The notes under the pieces were generated by a model that worked only from the letters and a program-made list of their open reading frames with translations, was not told the DNA's origin and ran no database searches. A stretch of DNA of 64,000 bases from Tubiluchus corallicola. Lineage: Eukaryota > Animalia > Priapulida. The position numbers were made by a program, and so were the translations under genes. Shown piece after piece: positions 1-12,500 of the stretch. Location of the stretch: positions 310,001 through 374,000 of the forward strand of contig JAQGDQ010000005.1 of the NCBI GenBank assembly GCA_030141605.1. The letters are read 5' to 3'. How positions within the stretch are numbered: the first letter of the stretch is position 1; each line of letters starts with the position of its first letter.

Positions 1-1429
1 GACAAAAACTATACCTACATAATAAACTCTAAAAATGTTTATTTCTGATTTGTTGTCATTTTACACTATGGATAGGTAGGGGTTTTATATTATATTATTT
101 TTTTATCAAGTGACTATGCCGGTGTATTTTGCAGTGATGACTCAGCAACAGTATCAGGTAGCTACTGAAGTATCAAATTACAAGTTTGTGTTGGTGAGCA
201 CTGGCCATTTGATGTTTGCATAATAGAAGCAGATTTACATAATGTGAAGCTGGTCAGCAATCGGCACTTGACAAGCAAAAAACAAACATCTTGATAATCA
301 TAAAAAAATAAATCGCACATAAAATGGGACAGTTGGTCGGCAACTGGAAAAAGACATTTTTTCTAAGCCTAAGCACAATAAGCATGCATGAACATATAGA
401 CACAAATACTTGCATTTAGCTTATAAAGCTTTAGGTTACACCAATATAAATATATTTAATGTCAAATCTAATAAACCCTTAATGCTAAAACATTGAACTA
501 GCAGATATGTCTTTGTAATGTTTGATATTGCAAGTCCTCCATCAAAAGCTTAAACTCAGGCATAATTAATCTAGGGTAGTATAAAATAACGTTAAAGGAA
601 AACAGCATCCAATTTCATACCATGGTGCAAAATAATGTAACATAAACGATATTGAAAGAGTAAATACTGTTTTTTTTTAAAAATAATTTATGTGAGAGGA
701 CTGTTAGGTGGCGGCATGGAAGCCTAATTTCACATTCTCACAGTTAGTTTTTCGTTATTACATGTATGCTTTTCGCCATTTTAGTTAAATTTACAACAGT
801 GCCTGCATCGCAGACACAAACAATGGCTTACTTTTCCAGAAAGTAAGAATACATTATATTTGTGATGTAGCACAGTTTTGTGAAGTTGTCTTAACACATA
901 ACTTGGAACATAAATTTCTTCTACTTAAAATGTGCAGAGTTCATGTGAATCATAGTCAGTGCTCTACAGTAGCACTTTGTCATAATTTTCATTATAGTAT
1001 GCACTTGTGACATCATCACCATAGCTACACTCACCAGTCTTTAAATAAAGGCTTGTATAACTATAACTATAAGCTAATATTTAATTATCAAAAGCATTTT
1101 GGTTTTATTATAGATGACAAAATGTATATGTAGCCACAATTCAAAATGGGATAGTATCTAAAAAGTCATCCTGTTTTGAGTGTTTTCTTCTAACTCATTT
1201 AAGTTAAGGTCTGAGAAGCTCCCCAACTCAAACAGCAGTTTTTTCACAAGTTATTCTTCTACTTACTTTACGGCCAAATTCATACGATGATCACTCTGCT
1301 ATCTCCTTAACCCATATACAGCATAACCTTTATGCCTAAGTAATAACATTTAATTGAATGCATAACATTTGACTAACACTAACAAAGTAGCATGCAGTAA
1401 CACTAGAGAAAGCATATAGTCAAACTCAC

Positions 1430-1543
1430 TTTACATAAAGAATAAACGCCAAGCTTTTCAAGCTTCTTGTTCCGGCAATACCCTTTGATTTGGGCTTTCT
1501 TTTGTGCTATTCTCTGCAAATTATTCTGCTTTCCGATCTCCAT
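1430..1543 (-). CDS. KAT2A: GCN5/PCAF (KAT2A/KAT2B) histone acetyltransferase, first coding exon; the rest of the gene lies left of the window
   Basis: Reverse strand from ATG at 1543 reads MEIGKQNNLQRIAQKKAQIKGYCRNKKLEKLGVYSLCK, followed by a phase-0 GTGAGT donor at 1429. This matches the PCAF N-terminal domain start KKAQLRSAPRAKKLEKLGVYSACK. At 38 codons it is too short for the ORF track. I did not find exon 2 within 1-1429. Confidence 0.85.
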
Positions 1544-1951
1544 AAATTACCGGTTCTATTTTTTAACACAAAACATTTTTTTTACTTTTTTTCAAAATTA
1601 ATCTAAACTCATGAATCTGTACAACAGAGTAAACTCTAGACTCCTACGCCCACAGTGCCCTCTCGTGTCATTAATTTTAGTATTTTTCTTGTTAAATTTT
1701 GGCTGAATGAAATAATATACCTGCTTATTTCATGCATTGTCTGTAATAAGGTTTTCTTTAATTAACGGTTAAAGTAATTAAATTTAGTTTCTATATCTGA
1801 TTTTATTGGCATTTTTTTATAAAATAAAAAATGTAGTGTGGTGCCACTAAAAGGTAGCAGCACCGACTAGTACATCAGACTCCTACAGTAGCTCCCTTGC
1901 CTCGTCAGAGTAAGGAGTTGCCTTCTATGTAATTTTATTGCATTTTATTTT
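1544..1951. promoter_or_regulatory. Compact bidirectional promoter and 5' UTR region shared by KAT2 (-) and the sorcin-like gene (+)
   Basis: Only 408 bp separate two divergent start codons. Contains a Staf/ZNF143-like motif (CCCACAGTGCCCTC near 1649) and two copies of AGACTCCTAC (1638-1647, 1877-1886). Confidence 0.65.
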
Positions 1952-4900
1952 ATGGCTTACCCTGGTTATCCTGCGGGTGGTGGTTATCCCAACCCGTACG
2001 GGGGAGCTGGATACCCTCTAGGTCCAGCGCCGGCACCACCAACGACTGGTTATCCAGGCGGACAAGGCGCAGGGTATTCTGGTGTACCTGGAGTGCCTCA
2101 AGCTGGAAACCCTTACAGCTATATGACAGTTCAAGTATGTACGCTGTATGGCATCAGCATTAAACGTTATATACTTACTAATTATTGTTGTTAAAGCCGT
2201 TATAGCCTTATAGGACGTCTAATTTAGTACTAAAATTAGCCTGATTGGGCCTACCGTGGATTGTCTAAATTCGGATAACCTAATCGGTTAATTACATAAA
2301 TCAGATTCAGCAATTTCTCACTAAGGTTAGATGGGTATCTTTGGCCCTCTTGGTCGACTGAGGAACCAGAAAGGTTGCCAAAATAATGATCGTTTGGTGA
2401 CACAAGTCTGGCAGACCTTTTGGGTCAGACCTAGGGTGACTGGGAAAGGTAGATATATCGCTATCTGATCAACCTTTCACATTTAAAAACAAAATTCCTT
2501 ATGTTAGCCTGTACTGTAGTCATGGAATTCAGCACTGGCTGATATGCAAAAACCAAGAGCCTGGTAGTGCCTTTGGGCCCACCAGTCCTCAGCAATAATG
2601 ACATTCTTGTGCATTTTACAGTTAATGCTCTGTTGAGCTTCTAAAGTTTTAAAGGGTAAATAATGAAAATTTGATTTTTGAGTGCAGAAGTAGGAACTTA
2701 CTTATTTTGCATTCATTTTTTAGTAACATTGCTTCAACCTTTTGCTTGATACTTATCTTAAATTTACTCGATGCAGGACAAGAGCGATGCGACTATGATC
2801 AGAAGCAGCTGTTAATAATATGAAGTTAGTTTGATTTTCACTATCAAACTACCAAAACAGGATTATTTTTTAATAAGTGCCAAAAGCAGTATAAATTTAT
2901 TCTGCTACTGTTTAGCTGCAGTTTGAGTTCCTATTGCTGAAAACACAAAACCTATCATCATTGACACTGATTTTGTGTAAAACTGATACAAGAATTTTAC
3001 TTTGTCTATGCATTGATAACAGTTATTTTTTTAGTACAGTGCTGCTCCACCTGTGCCAAGCCCTGAACAGAGGTTTATTCAATATGCAGGAGCAACTGTA
3101 AGTATTTCTGGCAGACTACTATCTGAAATTAATTTAATTAATGGTAAAAATGAATAGTTATGCTTGTTATCTGAAAACTGCTCAGGAAGTTTTAAGCCAT
3201 CATTAGGTCATTTTAGTACCTATAAATTCTGTACTAATTTTAGCCATACATTCAGTTGTACAACTGCTTCTACTTCCTGGTCTATAAAGTGTGAACCTTA
3301 TGTGTTACAAACTGTATAATTTAACATAATAAAACCAAGATTACATATACTTGGCAAGTTGTCATAAGCATCACATTCACACTTAATTACCTTACTGAAT
3401 TTTTTGAATAGGCCCATTTTTGACAAACAATGACAAGCTAGTCAAAATAAAACTATTTTAGTTATTCAAGAAGTGAAAAAATATTTGCTTCTTTCTTGTG
3501 ATCACTGTATAGCATTTGGTGACTGATTTATAATAAATACTCCCATAGTACTTAATGTCTATCACTGTTTTTTTTCCAGGGAAGCATTAATGCAGAGCAG
3601 TTATCACAGTTATTGTCAGAGTCTGGATATTCAGGAGCCTTTAAAAGTATTGTTTAATAAATGGCATATCAGTACTTCAATTTTGTAAGAAAAGCATGAA
3701 ACGATTGTATAAATATCAGATAACTTATTGTACAATGTAAGTCTATCTTTTTCATAAGGAAAAAAACTTTTTTTGTTTGTCATTGTCTTGAAGACGACCT
3801 TCATGCAGTCTTAATCTCTAGTCGTTTATCAATTAGAAGTTATGTTAAATGTAATTGTACCTAAGAATCGCATTCTGACAGAATAATCATTCCGTTAATG
3901 TATGAGGATTATTAGTAAGCAGCATTAGTAAGTTACATCAGTATTCAATAATATGTGTGTCTTTGCAAGTCAGAGCACTTCATGGCTAATTTGGTATGAT
4001 AGTAAAATGATTACAGCAGCCCAATGAGTCCTGATATTTATTTCTGCTAGTATTAATATCCCTTTGAGATAATGTGCTCAGAGAATTTTTTGGTAGAGTT
4101 TTGCATTTATGAATTTAAATTAGTTAATAGTGATAAACGAAGCATTACATTTTATATTAGAGTTTTGAAATTGATAGCACGCAAACGAGATGCCAGCTTT
4201 TATTATCTAATAATTATTTTATTCCAGCACAATTTAGTCTAGAAACTTGCAGAATTATGGTAGCTATGCTTGATGTATCCTTGCAAATATAACTTTTTCT
4301 TTTTCAGCATTTTTGTAGTTTTAAAATTTGTGTAAAAATACCAAACAATTAACAAAACAGTCATAACAGTGATTGCATCCTTAACAGTCTATAATAGAGA
4401 AATTATGATGGCACCATGAATCTTCAGGAGTTCAGAGATTTGTTAAATGCTCTATGGCATTGGCGACAGACATTTGACATGCACGATAAAGACAGGTCTG
4501 GTACTATTGAGCCACACGAAATGTATGCCTGCTTACAATCTTTCGGTAAGAATCGTATCATTTTTCAATTTCGACAAAGCACAAATTTGACCTTCAATTT
4601 AAATCTATATCTCGTTCAATCCACACACTTCTGGGTCAGTTCTGTGAGCATGACCATGTTTATCACTTGTCTGTGCCTGGCCTAATGTGGTTTACTTGTG
4701 CTGAAAACTGTAGATTATTATGCTCAACAATTGACTAGTGTATACTGATTATGTAACGAATTTTACTAGTTATGTTGTTCATGTCTCAAGTGTGTATTTG
4801 TTAGTTGTTATCCTAAAAGTTTTTATAAAAATTGCTGATTTAGCTACAGACAAAACCTTGATGTAGAATAATACATAGAAACCTTTTTTGAAAAACATTT

Positions 4901-7900
4901 AGGTTATAATATCAGCGAACAAACAAAACAAGTGATGATGAAGCGGTATAGTCGTACAGCTGGATATCCACCAATTCCTCGAATTCACTTTGATGATTTT
5001 GTGGCTTTATGTGTGCGAATGCGGTCATTTTCTGGTATAGTTTCCATTCAATTTTGCAAACCAACTGTGACAACACCTACAATCCTATATACAGTCGAAT
5101 CATAGTACAGTATAATCCGCTTATAACGAGTTTCAAGGGACCATCAATATTTGCTCGCTATACCCGAGTCTTGTTATAGCTGAGGTCAATTGTCTGAGTG
5201 TGTGTGCTATATAGAAATGAAGCCGTTAGTATAAGGCTGATATGATGTAATGATGATAGAGCACTTTCTTTGGAGACTGGTACAAGTTTTTTAATGAGTG
5301 CCACTGTTCAACAACTATTTTATCATAAAAGAGTAAACTTATAATGTTTAAACTCCATTATGTCTATCATTAAAGCAGTATTTTATGCATTAAATTCCGC
5401 GCTAGTTGCTTTTCTAAACCACCGCTGTTATTCACTGAAACGTCTGCTTACAGTTGAGTGTGTTTTGAGTGGGTGTTGCAATACACTGGATGTCTGTGTT
5501 AGCAGAGTGCCCTCTAAGATGCATTGCCTACTCAAACAGTTTTACTATGCCGGGCAGAAAAGTATGGGTGGAAAACACAGCTGGTTTTTATTTAAATAGC
5601 TGTACAGGCTTAGTATAACTGATTATTTCACATGAGCACTTTGGCAAGGGCTAAAATGTTGCCTAATAATTAAATCTACAGTCTGGCCAACCTATGTGTT
5701 ATTTACTATAAAATCATTGTATTTATTTAGAACAGTATTTTTTTACAAATTAAACTTTGAAAAGTCACATTTTGCAAAGCAGAACAGTTCATTTAAAAAA
5801 ACGATTATTGTTGCATGCTTCATATTAAATTGCACCACTTTATTCAAGGAGCTGTTAAGGGACAAGAAAAGGGGTACCTGAATTAGGTTTCAGAAAATTC
5901 ACCTTAAACTTATACTACTTTACAGCAATTTTATGCATATATCGTTCTCGCGTTAAAGGAATTTTTCGTTTGTTTTCATTTTAAATATCCCACGATATTG
6001 TTCCGATGGCGCCACATGATGCCACTTACGCAAACGTAAATGATGGGAATAAAAGGTAATGTTACACTATGTCCCAAAAGATTTTCCATGCAAATCTATT
6101 ACTTGGCGTTTTGCTTATCTGCTGGAAAGACTTATGTAACTAGAAACTATAATTTAAAATGTTCGTGCTTATTCATAAAATGTCGCTGACTCCTCTCCAG
6201 GGTGCACCACTCACTAACCAAAAATGTAGTTTTAACCTTTTTGACAAGATACAGTAATTTAAAATCTTAGTTAGTTAGTAACATGTGTGCTACGAATGCT
6301 CTAATTATTTTTTCAAACTTGTTATCTAGATTTGTATCAAATTTGTAGATAGATTTTTATATAGACTCTTATATAGACTTGTATCAAATCATTATATCAA
6401 ATTACATCAAATATATCAAATTGTATCAAATGACTGTGCCTAACGGTCATCGCGGGAGTTTAAATTTAAATTTATACAGCGTTACTGCCGATGCAAGCCC
6501 TGAATGCAAAAAGACAGAATGTAAGTGGTATAAAATTTCAAGACGAATTTTTTAAGCTTTATGCAAGTGGAGGGTTTTCTTGTGCTTTAAGTTTACTGTT
6601 TTCTGTCATCTGATAACTTCCTAACGTCGTTGACAATCTTGTTTTCTGACTCATCCTGCACGCTTCATTCTACCTGCAATCTGCTAGTTATGCTTGCTTG
6701 TAGCTGTTGACTCACCAACATGTCTGCATGATTGTGCTGTACTTGATACGGGTAACACATTGTCTTATACTAGATCAACAAATTAACCTCCACGTACAGT
6801 GTATAGTAATCTTTTTGTTCTTGGTGAATGGTGCCCATTGTTTTAGAACATGCGCTCTTTATATATGCAGGCTAAAAATATAATCACAGGGCCAAAAAAT
6901 TCTCTTGTAATAAGCAAAAGTTATATGAGTTCCCAGTAAGCAAAGTTTAAATACATTATTTAAACCCAAGATTTGACAGGACTTTGAAATTTCCTCGTAT
7001 TAACCAGAAGCTTGTTATAACAGTACAAATGGATTATAGTGTAGTGCGATTTTCCAGGAGTAAAAATATTTTCATGATGTAGTTACAGAAACACTGTCAA
7101 CAGGTTAATACCACTGAATGCTTTATTGTAACATAATCAGTATGTCCAACATAACATAAATGTCCAACAGATCCCATAAAGTGGTGTTAACCTCTGTTGA
7201 CAGTATTTCTGTGATTACATCATTAACCTGACTGTTCAGAGCACAGGTGTGTAAAAACAGACAGGTGGCTAGCAGGTAACGAACAGAAAAACTGGCCAAA
7301 ACCAAGAGCTTTACATTCCCGTCACAGATGGCGCCTCGTGCACGATAAGTAAGATTAACAAAAAAAAGCTAAGGTCTGCTACACATATAAAGCATGTTTC
7401 TAATTATATATTGTGCGCATTTTTGCTGACTCACACTATTTTATTTCTAATTTAAAATAGCAATTACCTGATGCCTGTAGTCTCAACATCAGTTTTCTTT
7501 TCATCAGTGAACTTAATTTAAACTTGTTTTACCCCCATTTCCCACAAGTAGAAACTACAAAATTATATCAATATGCTGCCAGTCAGTCTATAAGCAAGCC
7601 TGCAAGCTAGTGGTTAGCATTTAAATCTGTGCAGGCGACTGATTAAATCAACTGTAGGCCTAGCTGTGATTCTGTAAAAACTGACATTACATTATAATGT
7701 TGAATGAGTTGTAAAACAATCAACTAAGCTACAGTCACCATGGCAACAGATGAAGAGTGAGGCAGGCCACTACAGAAATTTTTCTATCATATTTAACTCA
7801 GTTGGGAGGACTTCGGGAAAAACATCATACAAAATGGGGTTTCGTAATAAAAAGTTTTGTAGTAACGACATGTGATTACATAGGTTTTATTATAACCTCG

Positions 7901-8468
7901 CCAAGGACATATAAAATCATTGTATTACTGAGAGTTTCGTTATAAGCTGAGTCATATTAATGTGATTCGACTGTAGTTTTTTATTATATTTATTTAGTAA
8001 TTCATATTACTGTCTGTATTTTTAATTGTCACTGTTGCATTGATGACTTGGTTTACATTAAAAATATTGCTCTTGCTTAAACCACAGACTGTAGTCCAAT
8101 GTTATGCACATTTAATACTGATTCACATCAATGTTTTGTTTCTTAAATATTTAGACATATTTCGAAGATATGATCAAGCTCAGAATGGATTTGCAACATT
8201 TCAGTATGATCAGGTACATTGTCAATTTTTTCATTTGCTGATGAAAGCGTATTTTTTTAAACAAACATTTTTTGTCAGTGAATGGCTCACAGACCACTTA
8301 TAGCATGGCTCTTTTAACAACTGAAAGTAAGGGCATTTAATAGTATTCGGCAGGCATCAATTGCTTCCTTAAAATTTTTATAATATTTGTTAATGGATTT
8401 TATTTCTTGAAAATTTTCATTTAATGATTATTTTGTTTTAGTTTCTTTCAAGTGTGATGACACTATAA
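1952..8468 (+). CDS. SRI: Sorcin/grancalcin-like penta-EF-hand Ca2+-binding protein, about 241 aa, 8 coding exons
   Basis: Exons 1952-2134, 3035-3097, 3580-3646, 4228-4274, 4398-4545, 4903-5034, 8155-8213, 8442-8468 join in frame (726 nt) through GT-AG introns. G/P/Y-rich N-terminus, then FSLETCRIMVAMLD-RNYDGTMNLQEF...DKDRSGTIEPHEM...IHFDDFVALCVRMRSFSDIFRRYDQAQNG..FQYDQFLSSVMTL, colinear with sorcin. Orthology to SRI versus GCA is not resolved. Confidence 0.9.
4275..4397 (+). other. U12-type (minor spliceosome) GT-AG intron
   Basis: 5' splice site GTATCCTT at 4275, branch point TCCTTAAC at 4378-4385, 12 nt before the end of the intron, and no polypyrimidine tract. Confidence 0.9.
5108..7041. 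mobile_element. Non-autonomous pogo/Tigger-like element inserted into the left end of the outer element
   Basis: Left end TA|CAGTATAATCCGCTTATAACGAG; right end CTTGTTATAAC...GGATTATAGTG|TA. Imperfect TIR with TA duplication at 5106-5107 and 7042-7043. Confidence 0.7.
5859..6586 (+). mobile_element. Kolobok-like MITE, copy 1
   Basis: TTAA|GGGACAAGAAAA ... TTTTCTTGTGCT|TTAA. TTAA duplication with RR..YY ends fits Kolobok rather than piggyBac. Colinear along its length with 32281-32932. Confidence 0.8.
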
Positions 8469-8795
8469 GCAGCAGAAAGTACCAAATCCTCTGCAGTGGC
8501 ATCTGCATCTTGGCTCACCAATAATTTTTAATTATCACAGAGTGGTACATAACTTTTTCCTGGGGGTACAGAAACAATGAGCAATAATGCTGAGTAATTT
8601 ATTTCTTCAAACTATTACTCAATCAAAAGCGAATCCATCATGCCTTCAAAATTTAGTGCAGAAGCCTTGCATTATCGCACATGGTGTAACCTTGAGGAAT
8701 ACGTGTAATCGGAGCAGTGATTTGATAAGCTGAATATCTTCCAACACACCTTGCAGATGTCTCACAAGCTTATCTGTTGAATACTGATCGGTCTC

Positions 8796-8857
8796 ATAGT
8801 TTTTTATCATGTTTGTATCCCATTCTATAGTTTTTTATCATGTTTGTATCCCATTCT
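8796..8857 (+). repeat. Perfect 31-bp tandem duplication in the sorcin-like 3' UTR
   Basis: ATAGTTTTTTATCATGTTTGTATCCCATTCT x2 (8796-8826, 8827-8857). Confidence 0.9.
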
Positions 8858-9419
8858 GTCCTTCAGGATAACGCTAATGTGTTTGTTAGGGTTGACTGGT
8901 CACTGCTCCAGTTATATCCTTTAACACTGTTTTGTTTGAGCAATACTTTGATGTAACAAATTGTTCTGTACCTCCTCAGCAAAAGGCTATGTGCTACCCT
9001 GTACATCTGCATTAAATGTACATTTACCTCATGCTAATTCATTCAATGTGTCTTGGTGATATTTTACAACTTCATCAGAAAGGTACAGATCTTTATACCA
9101 GAATGATTACTTTTGCAGTTTGGGTAGCTACAGTTTTTGTTTAAAATTCGATTTTATGCCTAGTTACTGTTTGTTGATCCTTATGATACCTGTTATTGTT
9201 TGCCTTATTATTAATTTTTTGTACAGTATAAATCATTGACTAGAAATCAATTGTTCCTAGTGAAATAGCTGTTAAGTAATCATGTTCTATAGATAATTTT
9301 ATAGATAGACAACTATTGTGTACGTAGTTCATAATATAATACACAATTTCATTCAAACATGTTAATTTTACAGAAAATACATTATATTTTCACATATTTT
9401 ACTGTTTCACCATTTTAAG

Positions 9420-9440
9420 AATAAATAAAGTAGCATTAAA
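9420..9440 (+). terminator. Polyadenylation signal cluster of the sorcin-like gene
   Basis: Overlapping AATAAATAAA (9420-9429) plus ATTAAA (9435-9440), followed by GT/T-rich sequence. Confidence 0.55.
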
Positions 9441-9507
9441 TTTAACGGATGTTTCATATCTGTTTTACAGAATCTCAAATAATATTAACTTGGTCATTTA
9501 AGATGCA

Positions 9508-12500
9508 CTATTGCATTTCAAGAGCTGGTGAGGTACATTTCTTCTGGAACTTTGCTATGAAAAATCCTATTGTATCATGGTCACAATCTGCACGATTATC
9601 ATTCTCATCAAATCTCTGCAATAGTCCCAACTGTTCTTCTGTAAGTCCTGTTCCTTCTCTTCCGGGGAGTCCTACATATGGATTCTACATAAACAATAAA
9701 AAACCTGTGATTCTGCCATTATAAAAGAAAAATCAGAACAATGATGTATCTCAAATATTCAAGAAACTTTTCAACCATAGACTTTTTTAAACAGTTTCAG
9801 TTCTTAGATAAGTAGGTCTATCCTGTATGCACACCAAGAAAATAAGTTCTCAACTGGAACAGTCATAATATTATTACATGGCAGAGTTATTACATAAGCT
9901 TTGTGTTAATGATGATTATATCAGTTAGAATATAGCACTGGATACTGTAATCCGGCTGTGCAATTACTGAACTCATTCCAAGAAGAGGACCCAATTGGTT
10001 AGTCCTGTCAGGTGTCGTGGACACAATCAAAAATTACTGTAAAAACTAATGGGCTATGGAGTAAAATTCAGCTCATGCGAAAAGTAAAGCAGTCGTTGAA
10101 TTCAAGTAACACCTCGTCAATCCCCGCCATAACTTATAACATAGCAGATAAGAATGCAAATGCTTGATGGCATTCACATGGCCCAATCTAATGTCACTGC
10201 TTTTTGAGACACGGAGTTTCACAAATTAGATCACAATCCCTGACACAATAGGTTGCAAATTGATCTTCACTGTCGATTAATAGATTAGTTCACTCAGCAT
10301 CGGCATAAACAGAAAACTCATAGACGACAAGTTCGCTCCTCGATATAGCATAAATTTACATTAGCTACTCAGAATTCTTGCTTGCAGGCATTATAGCTCC
10401 TCGATCTCAGGCAAAATGTGACTTTACTTTTTTGTTTAGTCTATCATAAATGGATAAAAGTGCAATCACAAAATCTATGAACAGTTAGATACAACTGTAA
10501 CTGTTAACGACTTAGGTGGTTTTTCCTGACAAGCTGCAGTAAAATATAGAAACGGTGTTACCTGCTGTGCCAACTCCAAGTTCAAGAATGTCCTGAGGGC
10601 CCAATCAACTAGAAGCTCATTCTCTGACAAAGTAGTTGTGCATGTACTATATACCAGCGTACCACCAACCTTTACCAATGCAGCTGCCTAAATACAAAAT
10701 TTACAGTGGTTATTTCATATTGTGTACAAAGACTGCATCAGTTTGTTGCAATTTGTTCATTGCTAGTTATATATTCACTAGTTTGTTTGTTTCTTTACAT
10801 ATGGAAGCCTTCAATAAAATTTGTGGCATTTTTGTTGGTGGGACCGATGACAAACAGGTCTTTGTGGGTAATAATTTTCATGGAGAACTGGAGAACTAAA
10901 AAAATTAATGTGTCTCAGTTTGTCTGCAACATGTATCAAGTTGTGAGCTGGCCACGGAAAAGTGGTTCTTCAACCAAAGCAGCATCAGTGGCCATGTTTT
11001 AACAAGGTGTTAAAGAAAATCAACTTTCATTAGTTCAATACAAGTTTCAGTGGAAAAAATTTTTTATTGACTGGTACAACAAAATGCTGGAAGGTACATG
11101 AAACAGCAATTACCTAGTTCAAATTTTCAGAAAGCGACTGATGCCACTGAGTGCTGGAAAAAAAACGATTTGGTGCCAAATAAGTCAGCCAAGTGATTGA
11201 TGATTGATACGTTTAAAAAAGAGCCTACATAATGTGTTGTATATACGTTAGCCAATAACTGAAAACAAAGTAATAATTTACAATGCCAGTATCTACAACC
11301 AATCAGTCCTTATCTTGCGGATTTATTTAAGGTCATGATCATTTCTAAAGAATGAAAACTGGAGCAAATCAGGTACAAACTATTCCACAAATTCACTGTA
11401 ACTGATAATTTTAGAACAGCACAAGCAAATTTGATACGTAATTGCAAATGACTAAAAGATATATAGTTTGGTGATGCCATATAGCAAAAACCAGGCAAGT
11501 ATCAATAATCAGTAAAGTATTTTTGTATCCTGAAACAGATGGGACAGAAACAGTCCCCCATGACAAGAAAGATCAAGTTAAACAACAGAAAATTTCTTCC
11601 TTGCAGAAAGATTCAAATATCTGCATTGATGCTCTTCCAGCTATGTCGGCTAAGCTCAGTGTCAGAAATGCATAAATATTTAAAGTACTTGAAAAGCACT
11701 CACTACAGTAAAGAGCAGCCGTTGCAATTTAGGATAAGACTGAAGCTCACGACAGCTTAGAGATTCATGAAACCGAGGACGCCGACCCAATCCACTGCAA
11801 GGTGCATCAAGCAAGACACGGTCAAAAGTTTCCTTAGGAAATGGTGGTCCGCGTTCCATGTCTGCAAAGGCCCAACTCACTTACAAAATGCAGGCAATAC
11901 AAACAAAGTTAATTACTTTTATTATGCAAAAAATATAGTGTAACAAAAAAGATAAATAAAGTCTCTCTCTCTCTCTCTCTCTCTTGTCCTTTCTCTCTGA
12001 AGAAAATATTTCTTTCTTTTTAGAAAAATTTCTGGGTGACACATTTCTATAGTGTGAAGCAAAAAAGGCAAACTATGATACCTATAACTGAGAGAGAGAT
12101 AGTTTTCGATTCAAATGTGAAATCTAAATCCAAATATCTTTCTCATTTATAGATGTTTCAAATCTTAAATATAAATCGAAATCTAAACTTCTAAACTTCA
12201 AAAATGTAACAAGTTTAGCGACATACCAAGTTAAAAATAAAATACCGTTGCTTATTTAAAAATAAAATACCAAGCTTAGAGCTCACTTGTTATAATTATC
12301 GGACACTATGGTGTATTTGAACACGAAAACAAAAGATGTTGGCTAGCTTAAACTGACTGATGCCTTAATCGACTAAATACAGTATAACATGCACAACTTT
12401 TCACGAGTTAGTGATGCAAAATGATATGCCTCAAACAAACAAAGCCATAATAAAATGCTATGTGTGCTGCATTTACCAATGGAAACTATGTCCGACTTTG

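Larger units (their letters stand above)
5092..7973. mobile_element. Non-autonomous Tc1/mariner-pogo (Tigger-like) element; outer layer of a nested insertion
   Basis: TA|CAGTCGAATCA at 5092 and TGATTCGACTG|TA ending at 7973: a perfect 11-bp terminal inverted repeat with TA target-site duplication. Confidence 0.75.

Noticed and set aside
12029-12056. TTTCTGGG...CATTTCTATAGTGTG resembles the 5' domain of U3 snoRNA
   Set aside because: No box A' (GACTATACT) and no downstream C', B, C or D boxes; flanks are low-complexity intron.
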